From Halogeometricum borinquense DSM 11551 (lineage in GTDB: Archaea; Halobacteriota; Halobacteria; Halobacteriales; Haloferacaceae), in NCBI RefSeq assembly GCF_000172995.2, contig NC_014729.1, positions 2,160,001 through 2,192,000 on the forward strand: 32,000 bases of DNA. Reading direction: 5' to 3'. Below the pieces are notes generated by a model, which saw nothing but the letters and a program-made list of their open reading frames with translations, made no database searches and had not been told where the DNA came from. Positions within the stretch are counted from its first letter, which is position 1, and each line of letters begins with the position of its first letter. This document shows positions 23,541 through 31,080 of this stretch, one piece after another. A program made the translations under genes and the position numbers.

Positions 23541-24409
23541 TACGGCGTTCGGACGGTCACGTCGAGTTCGGTCTCGAACTCGTGTTCGGCCGGACCGGTG
23601 AGCGTGGCCGGGCCGTCGTCGGGGACCGTGATTTCCAACTCGCCGCCCGGCGGCGAAACGGTCACAGGGTCGTCCCCATCGACCAGTCCGACGCGCTTTG
23701 CGGCGGCGACGACGGCGACCGCGCCCGTTCCGCAGGACTGCGTCTCGCCTTCGACGCCGCGTTCGAAGGTTCGCTGACGGAATGATCCGTCGTCGTTCTG
23801 CGAAGCGACGGTCACGTTCGCACCGTCGGGGAACACGTCCGCGTGGCGGACCGCGGGAGCGACTGATTCGAGGGCTACAGCGTCTACGTCGTCAACGAAC
23901 GCGATAGCGTGCGGAACGCCCGTGTTCAGCGCAGTGACTGTCAGCCCCTCGATTTCCTCCTCGACAAGTTCCTCCTCGCGGGCGAGAGGGACATCTCGCG
24001 GCCGGAACGACGGAGCACCCATCTCGATGGTCACGCGGTCGTCCTCGACGACGGCGTGACGCGTTCCGGCAGGCGTGTCGATCATCAGTTCGTCCGAGCC
24101 AGTTCGCTCAGCGGCCCACGCTGCGGCACATCGAGCGCCATTGCCGCACATTGCGGCGACAGAGCCGTCCGGTTGGACGAGCGTCATCACGACGCGAGGC
24201 GGTGAATATCGGCCTTCGAGTGCGAGAAAGAGAACGCCATCCGCGCCGCGCCGTTCCGAACCGTCGCCGTCGATGCCCGATTCTCGATTACAGTGTGCCG
24301 ACGCGAACGCGGGTCGGTCAGGGACCGACTCGTCCGCATCGACAACGATGAAGTCGTTTCCAGTTCCGTGGTACTTTGCGACTGGTACTCGTTCGTGTAG
24401 TACACTCAT
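23540..24409 (-). CDS. dapF: Diaminopimelate epimerase
   Basis: YHGTGNDFIVVD N-terminal motif and two catalytic-Cys motifs, MCGNGARC and SCGTGAVA. Confidence 0.9.
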   Translation of the reverse strand: MSVLHERVPVAKYHGTGNDFIVVDADESVPDRPAFASAHCNRESGIDGDGSERRGADGVLFLALEGRYSPPRVVMTLVQPDGSVAAMCGNGARCAAAWAAERTGSDELMIDTPAGTRHAVVEDDRVTIEMGAPSFRPRDVPLAREEELVEEEIEGLTVTALNTGVPHAIAFVDDVDAVALESVAPAVRHADVFPDGANVTVASQNDDGSFRQRTFERGVEGETQSCGTGAVAVVAAAKRVGLVDGDDPVTVSPPGGELEITVPDDGPATLTGPAEHEFETELDVTVRTP

Positions 24410-25731
24410 GCTTCTAGCTCCGTCAGGTCAGTCAGGGTCTCCCGTCGCCGCACGAGGCGGGCCGCTCCGCCCGACAGTGCGACTTCGGCCGGTCGCGGCC
24501 GCGAGTTGTAGGTGCTTGCCATCTCGTATCCGTAGGCCCCCGCGTTCCCGACGGCGAGGAGATTTCCCCGCCGAGGGTATGCGAGTAGCCGGTTCTCACA
24601 CATCACATCCGCCGACTCACAGATAGGCCCCGCGACGGTGGCAGAAATCGCCTCTACGTCGTCCGCCGCCGAGACGTTACGAATCTCGTGATACGCGTCG
24701 TACATCGCCGGGCGGAGCAGAGTGGTCATCCCGGCATCCACACCGACCACCGTCGCGTCGGGTGCTTCCTTGACAGTGTTGACGCGCGTGAGGAGGACGC
24801 CAGCGTCGGCGACGACGTACCGGCCGGGTTCGACCGCGAGCGTCCCCGAGACATCTCCGAGGGCCTCCCGAGTGGCGTCGGCAACGCTGTCGAGGTCGAG
24901 CGGCGGTTCGTCCGCTCGGTAGGGAACACCGAATCCGCCGCCTACGTCCACGAATTCGAGCGAACCAACACGGGATTCCACATTGCGGGTGAGTTCGCCC
25001 ATCCGACGGACGAGTTCGCGGTGGTTCGAGAGGTCGTCGCCGGAGATACCGCTTCCGGCGTGAGCGTGCAGGCCGACGAGGTCGAAGTCGTCAGCGATGG
25101 ATTCGGCCAGTTCGGGGACGTCATCGTACGGGACGCCGAACTTCGCGTTCGCTCCTGTCCGGACCTTCTCGTGGTGGCCCGCACCGACGCCCGGATTGGC
25201 GCGGATGCAGAGACGCCCGTCGAACCCGCGTTCGCGCAAGCGGTCCGCCGTGTCCGCCGCGCCGACGGTGACGGTCAGTTCGGGGTGGTCGCGCCATCGG
25301 TCTACAACGTGGTCCAAATCGCGGGCGGGCGGGTTGACCGCGGTGTACTGTATCTCCGAACCCTCGTATCCAGCATTGAGCGCGCGTTCGACCTCGCCCG
25401 CAGAGGCACACTCGGCGGCGAGTCCGGCCTCGCGGACGGTTTCGAGGACGGCCCGGCCGGTGTGAGCCTTCACTGCGTAGCGAACTTCCTCCGCAGAGAA
25501 CGCCTCTTGGAGGCGAGCGCAGTTCTCCTGAACCCGGTCGGTATCGATGACGTAGAGGGGCGTCCCGTACTCGTCGGCAAGCCGGGCGAGTCTGTCGGCG
25601 TCCCACTCGGAGAGACGGCGAATCTGCGGGTTCTCCGCGTCCGTGTTCGGTTCCGACTCTGCTTCCGTGCCTGCATCAGACTCTGCTTCCGCACTCGCAT
25701 CCGCCCCCGATCCGCCATCGGCAGGCGTCAT
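24406..25731 (-). CDS. lysA: Diaminopimelate decarboxylase (with acidic low-complexity N-terminal extension)
   Basis: Fold-III PLP decarboxylase: YGTPLYVID, YAVKA (PLP Lys), GLHAHAGS, DVGGGFGV, PGRYVVA, ICESAD. ATGA overlaps at both ends. Confidence 0.9.
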   Translation of the reverse strand: MTPADGGSGADASAEAESDAGTEAESEPNTDAENPQIRRLSEWDADRLARLADEYGTPLYVIDTDRVQENCARLQEAFSAEEVRYAVKAHTGRAVLETVREAGLAAECASAGEVERALNAGYEGSEIQYTAVNPPARDLDHVVDRWRDHPELTVTVGAADTADRLRERGFDGRLCIRANPGVGAGHHEKVRTGANAKFGVPYDDVPELAESIADDFDLVGLHAHAGSGISGDDLSNHRELVRRMGELTRNVESRVGSLEFVDVGGGFGVPYRADEPPLDLDSVADATREALGDVSGTLAVEPGRYVVADAGVLLTRVNTVKEAPDATVVGVDAGMTTLLRPAMYDAYHEIRNVSAADDVEAISATVAGPICESADVMCENRLLAYPRRGNLLAVGNAGAYGYEMASTYNSRPRPAEVALSGGAARLVRRRETLTDLTELEA

Positions 25732-26573
25732 TCGCGCAGTGCCTCCTCACGCCGCGTCTTGTCGAGTGTATCCTCCTCGATATCGAGCGCGACGACGGCG
25801 GGCTTGTATGCGCCGCCCGCGAAGATCTCGTGATCGCCGATAGATGATTCGACGTAGCGGGTGAACGCTCGGCGGTTCGACGGGAGGTGCCCGTACAGGA
25901 CTTCCTCCGCTACGAGGTCGTAGACAGGGATTCGCGGCGAGAGCAAGGTGTTCTCTCCGACGATGGTATTCTCGCCGACGTGGAATCCGGATGTGACGCG
26001 ACAGCCCGCGCCGAGTGAGACGCCGTCTTCGATGATGACGGGCGCGTCTTCGACCGGTTCGAGGACGCCGCCAATGAGCGTGTTCGCGCCCAATTTGACG
26101 TTCTGTCCGAGTTGCGCGCACGACCCGACGGTGTCACAGGAGTCAACGAGGGTCCCGTCGCCGACGTACGCACCGATGTTGACGAACGAGGGCGACATCA
26201 TGATACAGTCGGAGCCGAGGAACGCCCCGCGGCGGATTGTCGTGCCGTCGGGCGTGTTCCGGGTTCCGCGGGTGCCGAGGTCGGCCGTGTCGCGCAGGGG
26301 GAGTACATCGTAGTACGTCGTGCCGCCGTAATCGCGGCCGATAGTTTCACGTAGCCCGAAGTTCAGGAGAATGCCCCGCTTGACCCACTCGTTGACGACC
26401 CAGCCGTCCGGTCCGGAGTCGCCAACCTGCTCGGCCGCCCGCACCTCGCCCTGTTCGAGCGAGACGAGGAAGGCGTCGAGCGTCGCCAACGTCTCGGAAC
26501 CGGCCGTTGCGGCGTCGATATCGTCGTCTTGGTAGCGCTGCCACAGGTCGTCGATTTCGGATTGGATGCTCAT
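25728..26573 (-). CDS. dapD: 2,3,4,5-tetrahydropyridine-2,6-dicarboxylate N-acyl(succinyl)transferase
   Basis: Hexapeptide-repeat (LbH) core with dapD-like N-terminal helices. It is embedded between dapB and lysA with ATGA overlaps. Confidence 0.8.
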   Translation of the reverse strand: MSIQSEIDDLWQRYQDDDIDAATAGSETLATLDAFLVSLEQGEVRAAEQVGDSGPDGWVVNEWVKRGILLNFGLRETIGRDYGGTTYYDVLPLRDTADLGTRGTRNTPDGTTIRRGAFLGSDCIMMSPSFVNIGAYVGDGTLVDSCDTVGSCAQLGQNVKLGANTLIGGVLEPVEDAPVIIEDGVSLGAGCRVTSGFHVGENTIVGENTLLSPRIPVYDLVAEEVLYGHLPSNRRAFTRYVESSIGDHEIFAGGAYKPAVVALDIEEDTLDKTRREEALRE

Positions 26574-27340
26574 GCGTCGAGTACCTCGTCGAAGTCGTAC
26601 CGTCCAGCGTCTCGATCTGCGAGCCAGACGGCGGCATCGAGGGCACCGGCGGCGAAGACGCCGCGGGACCCCGCACGGTGCGTCAGACTGAGCAGTTGGT
26701 GGTCGTCCGCGAGAAGAACCTCGTGTTCACCGGTCACGCCCCCCGCGCGCCGGGCATGGACGCCGATTTCCCCCCCCATCCGAGGTTGATCGCCCTCACG
26801 CCCGTACACGCGTTCGGACTCGCCGCGAACGTCATCGATCTCGGTTAAGAGGGTGTTCGCGGTCCCCGAGGGTGCGTCACGCTTGCCGTTGTGGTGCGTC
26901 TCCGTCACCTCCACGTCGTAGTTGGGGAGGGCGGCGACGGCCTCGCGGACGGCGCGGCGGAGTGCCGCAACGCCGCGCGAGAAGTTCGTCGCGTGCAGGA
27001 GCGGGACGGATTCGGCCGCCTCGTCCAGCGCAGCGTGTCCGTCTTCGTCGAAGCCGGTGGTACCGACGACGACGCCGACGCCCGCCTCGGCGCACGCGGC
27101 GACGTACTCCACACTTGACTCCGGACCGGTGAAATCCACCATCACGTCCGGATCCGTTTCAGCAAGGAGTTCGGGCAGGTCGTCGGCATCGCGGACCGGA
27201 ACCCCCGAAACCGCCTCGATCGGACTCCGGTTTACCGCGAGGACGACCTCGACATCGTCACGACTGTCGGCTACGTCGATGAGTTCGCGGCCCATCCGAC
27301 CAGCGGCACCCGTGATAGCGACGCGGACGGGAGCTGCCAT
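26570..27340 (-). CDS. dapB: 4-hydroxy-tetrahydrodipicolinate reductase
   Basis: N-terminal Rossmann motif VAITGAAGRMGREL, GTTGF, and ETHHNGKRDAPSGTA (the E-x-H-H-x-x-K-x-D-A-P-S-G-T-A DapB signature). Confidence 0.92.
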   Translation of the reverse strand: MAAPVRVAITGAAGRMGRELIDVADSRDDVEVVLAVNRSPIEAVSGVPVRDADDLPELLAETDPDVMVDFTGPESSVEYVAACAEAGVGVVVGTTGFDEDGHAALDEAAESVPLLHATNFSRGVAALRRAVREAVAALPNYDVEVTETHHNGKRDAPSGTANTLLTEIDDVRGESERVYGREGDQPRMGGEIGVHARRAGGVTGEHEVLLADDHQLLSLTHRAGSRGVFAAGALDAAVWLADRDAGRYDFDEVLDA

Positions 27341-28267
27341 CTATGCGCCCCCCGCGGGTTCGAGTCCCAGCGACGCCTCACGAGTTGCCTCCAACTGTTC
27401 GAGTGTCGCTTCCAGCATCTCGTAGTGTTCGTCGCGCAGTTCGGTCAACGGCGGACGGAGGGTTCCCGGCGCGTACCCGCGAATCTCCATGGCCGCCTTC
27501 ACCGGGATGGGGTTCGTCTCGATGAACAACTGCCGCGAAAGCGGTCCGAGTTCGTGGTGGAGTTCGCGCGCGCTGTCGAAGTCGCCGTCCAGCGCGGCGT
27601 GAACCATCGCAGCGGTCCGTTCGGGTTCGATATTTCCGGTGACGGAGATGACGCCGTGACCGCCCACTGAAATCACCGGTAGCGTCAGAGCGTCGTCGCC
27701 CGAGAGAATAGCGAACTCCTGCTCGCGCGTGCGCTCGACGACCTCCGAAATCTGTCCGATGTCGCCGCTTGCGGCCTTGTAGCCCGCGATGTTCTCGTGG
27801 TCTGCGAGGGTCGCCACCGTTGCTGGTTCGATGTTGCTTCCCGTGCGCGAGGGAACGTTGTAAACGATCTGAGGAACGTCAACCTCGTCGGCAATCGTCT
27901 GATAATGTTCGATGAGGCCCGCCTGTTCGGGCTTGTTGTAGTACGGCGAGATGAGAAGCAGTCCGTCAGCGCCCACGTCGGCCGACCGGCGGGAGAGTTC
28001 GAGCGCCTCGCGGGTCGAGTTTGATCCCGATCCCGCGATAACGGGAACGTCCTCGGCGGCCTCGACCACCGTCTCGACCACCTCGATATGTTCGTCGTGT
28101 GTGAGTGTGGCGCTCTCGCCGGTGGAACCGACGGGAACGAGTCCATCGACGCCAGCGCGTTCGAGGCGTCGGGTGTCGTCTGCGAGCGTTTCGTGGTCGA
28201 TGCTTCCGTCCGGGGCGAACGGCGTGGTCATCGCCGGATAAACCCCTGTCAGGTCGAAATTCGTCAT
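27341..28267 (-). CDS. dapA: 4-hydroxy-tetrahydrodipicolinate synthase
   Basis: GVYPAMTTPF, GSTGESATLT, YNVPSRTG, and GYKAASGD with the Schiff-base Lys. The track start at 28297 is a TTG; the ATG at 28267 (MTNFDLTG...) is preferred. Confidence 0.9.
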   Translation of the reverse strand: MTNFDLTGVYPAMTTPFAPDGSIDHETLADDTRRLERAGVDGLVPVGSTGESATLTHDEHIEVVETVVEAAEDVPVIAGSGSNSTREALELSRRSADVGADGLLLISPYYNKPEQAGLIEHYQTIADEVDVPQIVYNVPSRTGSNIEPATVATLADHENIAGYKAASGDIGQISEVVERTREQEFAILSGDDALTLPVISVGGHGVISVTGNIEPERTAAMVHAALDGDFDSARELHHELGPLSRQLFIETNPIPVKAAMEIRGYAPGTLRPPLTELRDEHYEMLEATLEQLEATREASLGLEPAGGA

Positions 28268-28532
28268 GTGCTGTTTGCGTATCGCGTGGTCGGTCAATCG
28301 TCTGCGCGCCGGGTCAGGGGTTCGCCCGGGACGGGATCGCCACTCCCGCCCAGAGCGTTAGGGCGCGCGTTTTTTCGAAAGAAAAGCGCCACGCGTCGCT
28401 ATCGACCGGCGAGCACCGGACGGGGACGACGTGGGAAGGGTCACACACGACTGACGGTACCACGCGGTAAAATAGCTTACGTCGCTCGCAAGAACCGCCG
28501 TGCGCCAGGAGCAGATCCATCGGCCATGTCAA

Positions 28533-28539
28533 TTGATAA
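28533..28539 (+). promoter_or_regulatory. TATA-like box (TTGATAA) for a leaderless NYN-domain gene transcript
   Basis: At -24..-30 relative to the ATG at 28563. The identical heptamer lies at the same distance upstream of the usp gene. Confidence 0.45.
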
Positions 28540-28562
28540 GGGTCGCTCACTGAAATTCGAAC

Positions 28563-29060
28563 ATGACCGAAATTCATCCGGGCCAGCGCGTCGCTATCTT
28601 AGCCGACGCGCAGAATCTCTATCACTCCGCACAGAGCCTCTACTCGCGTAATATAGACTACTCGTCGCTCTTGGAGAAAGGCGTCTCTGACCGAACCCTG
28701 ACGAGAGCTATCGCCTACGTCGTCCGCGCAGACTCTCCGGAAGAAGAGAGTTTCTTCGACGCACTCGTCGAAATCGGCTTCGAGACGAAAATAAAGGACA
28801 TCAAGACGTTCGGCGACGGGTCGAAGAAGGCCGACTGGGACGTTGGAATGAGCCTCGATGCAGTGACGCTTGCGAATCACGTCGATACGGTCGTTCTCTG
28901 TACGGGCGACGGCGACTTCTCGCGTCTCTGTTCGCATCTCCGTCACGAGGGCGTCCGCGTTGAGGTCATCGCATTCAAAGAGTCCACCGCAGACGAACTC
29001 ATCGAGGCGGCTGATACGTTCCTCGATATGTCCGACCGACAAGAGACGTTCCTGCTCTGA
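28563..29060 (+). CDS. NYN-domain (LabA/DUF88-like) protein, putative RNase
   Basis: RVAILADAQNLYHSA ... KADWDVGMSLDA ... VVLCTGDGDFSRL are the conserved acidic motifs of LabA-like NYN domains. TTGATAA box at -24..-30 from the ATG. Confidence 0.8.
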   Translation: MTEIHPGQRVAILADAQNLYHSAQSLYSRNIDYSSLLEKGVSDRTLTRAIAYVVRADSPEEESFFDALVEIGFETKIKDIKTFGDGSKKADWDVGMSLDAVTLANHVDTVVLCTGDGDFSRLCSHLRHEGVRVEVIAFKESTADELIEAADTFLDMSDRQETFLL

Positions 29061-29167
29061 CATCCTCCCGCGCCTGACGGCGTCCAGAACGCAACGCGTT
29101 CCAGTTGGCGAACGAGCCCAAGAGTCTCGTCAACGCGGGAATCCCGAGCGGCGGGATACTAACTGCC

Positions 29168-30160
29168 TCAGAGCTGACCGTCCGTCGAATCGTCGGTTCC
29201 GGTATCGAACCCACCGTTTGATTCGGTCGTCTCCGTGCTGGAATCCCCGAATCCGGAATCAGCGTCGAGTCCCGACGCTTCGTCTGAGACCGGTGGCTCA
29301 TCACCGGAGGCACTCACATCAGCGCGAGTAGTTCCGTCTTCGAGCGGCGGCGCGTGATCGCGGTAGAACGCCGTCGCGTACGCCTGTTGGAACGTAAAGA
29401 GAAGCATCATGGCGGCCAGCGAAATCGCAGACAGCAACATCACTTCCTGCGTGGAGAACTGGACCAGTTGGGACATCTGTGAGGATACTGCATTAGGGGA
29501 CATCCCTTGCGTCTGCATACGCTGGAGCTGTTGGGCACCCTGCAACTGCCGGTAGTACATCGGTCCCGAAACGGGGAGTGTCATTATGAGGACGGCAATG
29601 GCATTGATAACGGAGTAGCCGATGGTGCTGAGGAGGTTCTTGCGGACGAGTCGGATGCTCTGGCGGAAACTGTCGATAGCGTCCGTGTCACCGAGGGAGA
29701 CAGCAACGGGGTAAAACTGGATGAACACGAGGACGACAACGATACCCAACCCCACCAATCCGGCAGCGACGAGGGCGATGAGTGGAATACCGACGACAAA
29801 TCCAAGGAGACCGATGAGGAGGACGATGATCCCGCCTGCGATCGCAAGCCCGATGAGGATACCGACGTTGACGAAACTGGCGACCAAAAGCGGCACGTAC
29901 CGGTTACGGCCCACTCGTTTCAGCGTCGAGAGGGAGGTCTCGCCGTCGATCGATTCGGACGCCATCCCGATGATACCCGCAACGAAGAATGGCGCCACGA
30001 AGAACGTGACAAACGGAAGTAACGATCCAAACAGGTTGCCGGTTAACTGCAACGCCGACTGCGGGAGCATCACGAGGCCGTACGCGAGACCGACGAGGAA
30101 CAACACGGGGTTTCTGCCGAGCGAGCCGAGCGCGACTCGAAGCGAACGGAGAGCGGACAT
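29168..30160 (-). CDS. Polytopic membrane protein of unknown function (about 6 TM helices, Gln-rich loop, acidic C-terminal tail)
   Basis: Long hydrophobic stretches (VLFLVGLAYGLVMLP, FVTFFVAPFFVAGIIGM, ILIGLAIAGGIIVLLIGLLGFVVGIPLIALVAAGLVGLGIVVVLVFI, and others). The track start at 30169 is a GTG; the ATG at 30160 (MSALRSL...) sits 26-32 nt downstream of a TTTTTAA box and is preferred. Confidence 0.7.
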   Translation of the reverse strand: MSALRSLRVALGSLGRNPVLFLVGLAYGLVMLPQSALQLTGNLFGSLLPFVTFFVAPFFVAGIIGMASESIDGETSLSTLKRVGRNRYVPLLVASFVNVGILIGLAIAGGIIVLLIGLLGFVVGIPLIALVAAGLVGLGIVVVLVFIQFYPVAVSLGDTDAIDSFRQSIRLVRKNLLSTIGYSVINAIAVLIMTLPVSGPMYYRQLQGAQQLQRMQTQGMSPNAVSSQMSQLVQFSTQEVMLLSAISLAAMMLLFTFQQAYATAFYRDHAPPLEDGTTRADVSASGDEPPVSDEASGLDADSGFGDSSTETTESNGGFDTGTDDSTDGQL

Positions 30161-30185
30161 ACTATCCACTTAGAGAAACATCTTG

Positions 30186-30192
30186 TTAAAAA
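30186..30192 (-). promoter_or_regulatory. TATA-like box (TTTTTAA on the minus strand) upstream of the polytopic membrane protein gene; doubles as the T-tract after the 59-aa ORF
   Basis: ttaaaaa at 30186-30192, at -26..-32 from the ATG at 30160. Confidence 0.4.
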
Positions 30193-30222
30193 CACACGTT
30201 ACCGAGATAACAGCTGGCCGTA

Positions 30223-30402
30223 TTACGCCGCCTGTCCGTCGGGCGCACTGAGGAGACGGACGATAACGATGGCCGCGGCACCGGCGGCGGTGGCGGCTAA
30301 GAGGGCAGAGATACGGCCGTCAACGCCAGTCGTGAGAAAGAGCACGCTACTGGCGAGGAGGAGGAACGCTCCGACCGCAATCTGCCGCACGTCTCCCGAC
30401 AT
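30223..30402 (-). CDS. Small (59 aa) two-helix membrane protein, not in the ORF track
   Basis: My own translation of the minus strand is MSGDVRQIAVGAFLLLASSVLFLTTGVDGRISALLAATAAGAAAIVIVRLLSAPDGQAA, ending in TAA at 30223-30225. Third codon positions are mostly G/C. Two hydrophobic helices are separated by GVDGR. ATAAGTAA box at -23..-30. The overlapping + strand ORF (30269-30460) is Arg/Ala-rich and looks like an antisense artefact. Confidence 0.55.
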   Translation of the reverse strand: MSGDVRQIAVGAFLLLASSVLFLTTGVDGRISALLAATAAGAAAIVIVRLLSAPDGQAA

Positions 30403-30552
30403 ACTCGTCTTCGAGTTGGTTCCGTTACTTATGCGTTTCTTCGTGAGTCTTCTGTGCTAACGTATGACTTTCAGAGAGCCGAAATGTGGCGGCGGAGCCT
30501 CCGGCAACCACAGACCGCGACTGACTTCACACCGCACGCGAAAGCACGGGAC

Positions 30553-31050
30553 ATGAGCGACGAAGCTGACGAGAGTTCCGGGGACGGGGACGCGACACTT
30601 TCTGATCTTCGAACGGTCGCCAACTATCAGTTCGGTTCAGGAGCCGGCGCGGCACTTTTTCCTGACGACAACCTGACCGTTCGTCGGTCCACGAGCGGTC
30701 GCCCGAGACAGGTACTGGCCGACGAGGGACGAATCGTCTCGTACGGTACCGACGGTCGGTTCACGCTCGGCGTCGAGGGTGGCATCCGGTTGGTCGAATC
30801 GTCCTCGCCCCCGTCGAACCGTGTCACCGTCGGTTCGGAGAGCGAACCGTTCGTCCGCGACGGCAAGAACGCCTTCGCCAAGTTCGTCACAAGCGTTGAC
30901 CCAGAGGTTCGGCCCGGTGACGAAGTCGCAGTCGTCACGCCCGACGACGTGGTTATCGGTGTCGGCCGTGCGGAACTCTCCGCTGAGGCGATGATAGACT
31001 TCGAAACTGGGATGGCCGTGTTCGTCCGCAACGGTGCGGGTGAGGAGTAG
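30553..31050 (+). CDS. PUA-domain protein related to the C-terminal (pre-PUA + PUA) modules of archaeosine tRNA-guanine transglycosylase
   Basis: LRTVANYQFGSGAGAALFP...RRSTSGRPRQV...DGRFTLGVEGG is the pre-PUA pattern. The PUA-like end is FAKFVTSVDPEVRPGDEVAVV...VIGVGRAELSAEAM. The ATG at 30553 is preferred over the GTG at 30454 and the ATG at 30484, whose extra residues are strongly basic. The start is uncertain. Confidence 0.6.
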   Translation: MSDEADESSGDGDATLSDLRTVANYQFGSGAGAALFPDDNLTVRRSTSGRPRQVLADEGRIVSYGTDGRFTLGVEGGIRLVESSSPPSNRVTVGSESEPFVRDGKNAFAKFVTSVDPEVRPGDEVAVVTPDDVVIGVGRAELSAEAMIDFETGMAVFVRNGAGEE

Positions 31051-31080
31051 TTCGCTTTCTGGATTTTCGCAGCGTCCGTA

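Noticed and set aside
22512-23777. 421-aa + strand ORF opposite dapE/dapF. Similar long shadow ORFs occur at 141-878(-), 10142-11068(+), 12766-13677(-), 13708-14472(-), 15031-16047(-), 16513-17193(-), 24688-25833(+) and 29507-30022(+).
   Set aside because: All are antisense to genes with strong catalytic motifs and encode basic, low-complexity products. They are GC-bias artefacts.
28268-28400. Canonical bacterial lysine (L-box) riboswitch upstream of dapA
   Set aside because: I could not recognise the L-box five-helix junction or its conserved core sequences by eye. Only generic GC-rich stems are present, so I report it as an unclassified candidate leader, not as a riboswitch.
28314-28577. 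87-aa minus-strand ORF in the dapA/NYN divergent spacer
   Set aside because: It would start inside the NYN gene. It shows no coding-like GC3 pattern, and the product is neither acidic nor hydrophobic in a coherent way. I treat the region as regulatory.
30269-30460. 63-aa + strand ORF listed in the track
   Set aside because: The Ala/Arg-rich product overlaps the better-supported minus-strand 59-aa membrane protein ORF (30223-30402), which has higher GC3 and a promoter-like box.
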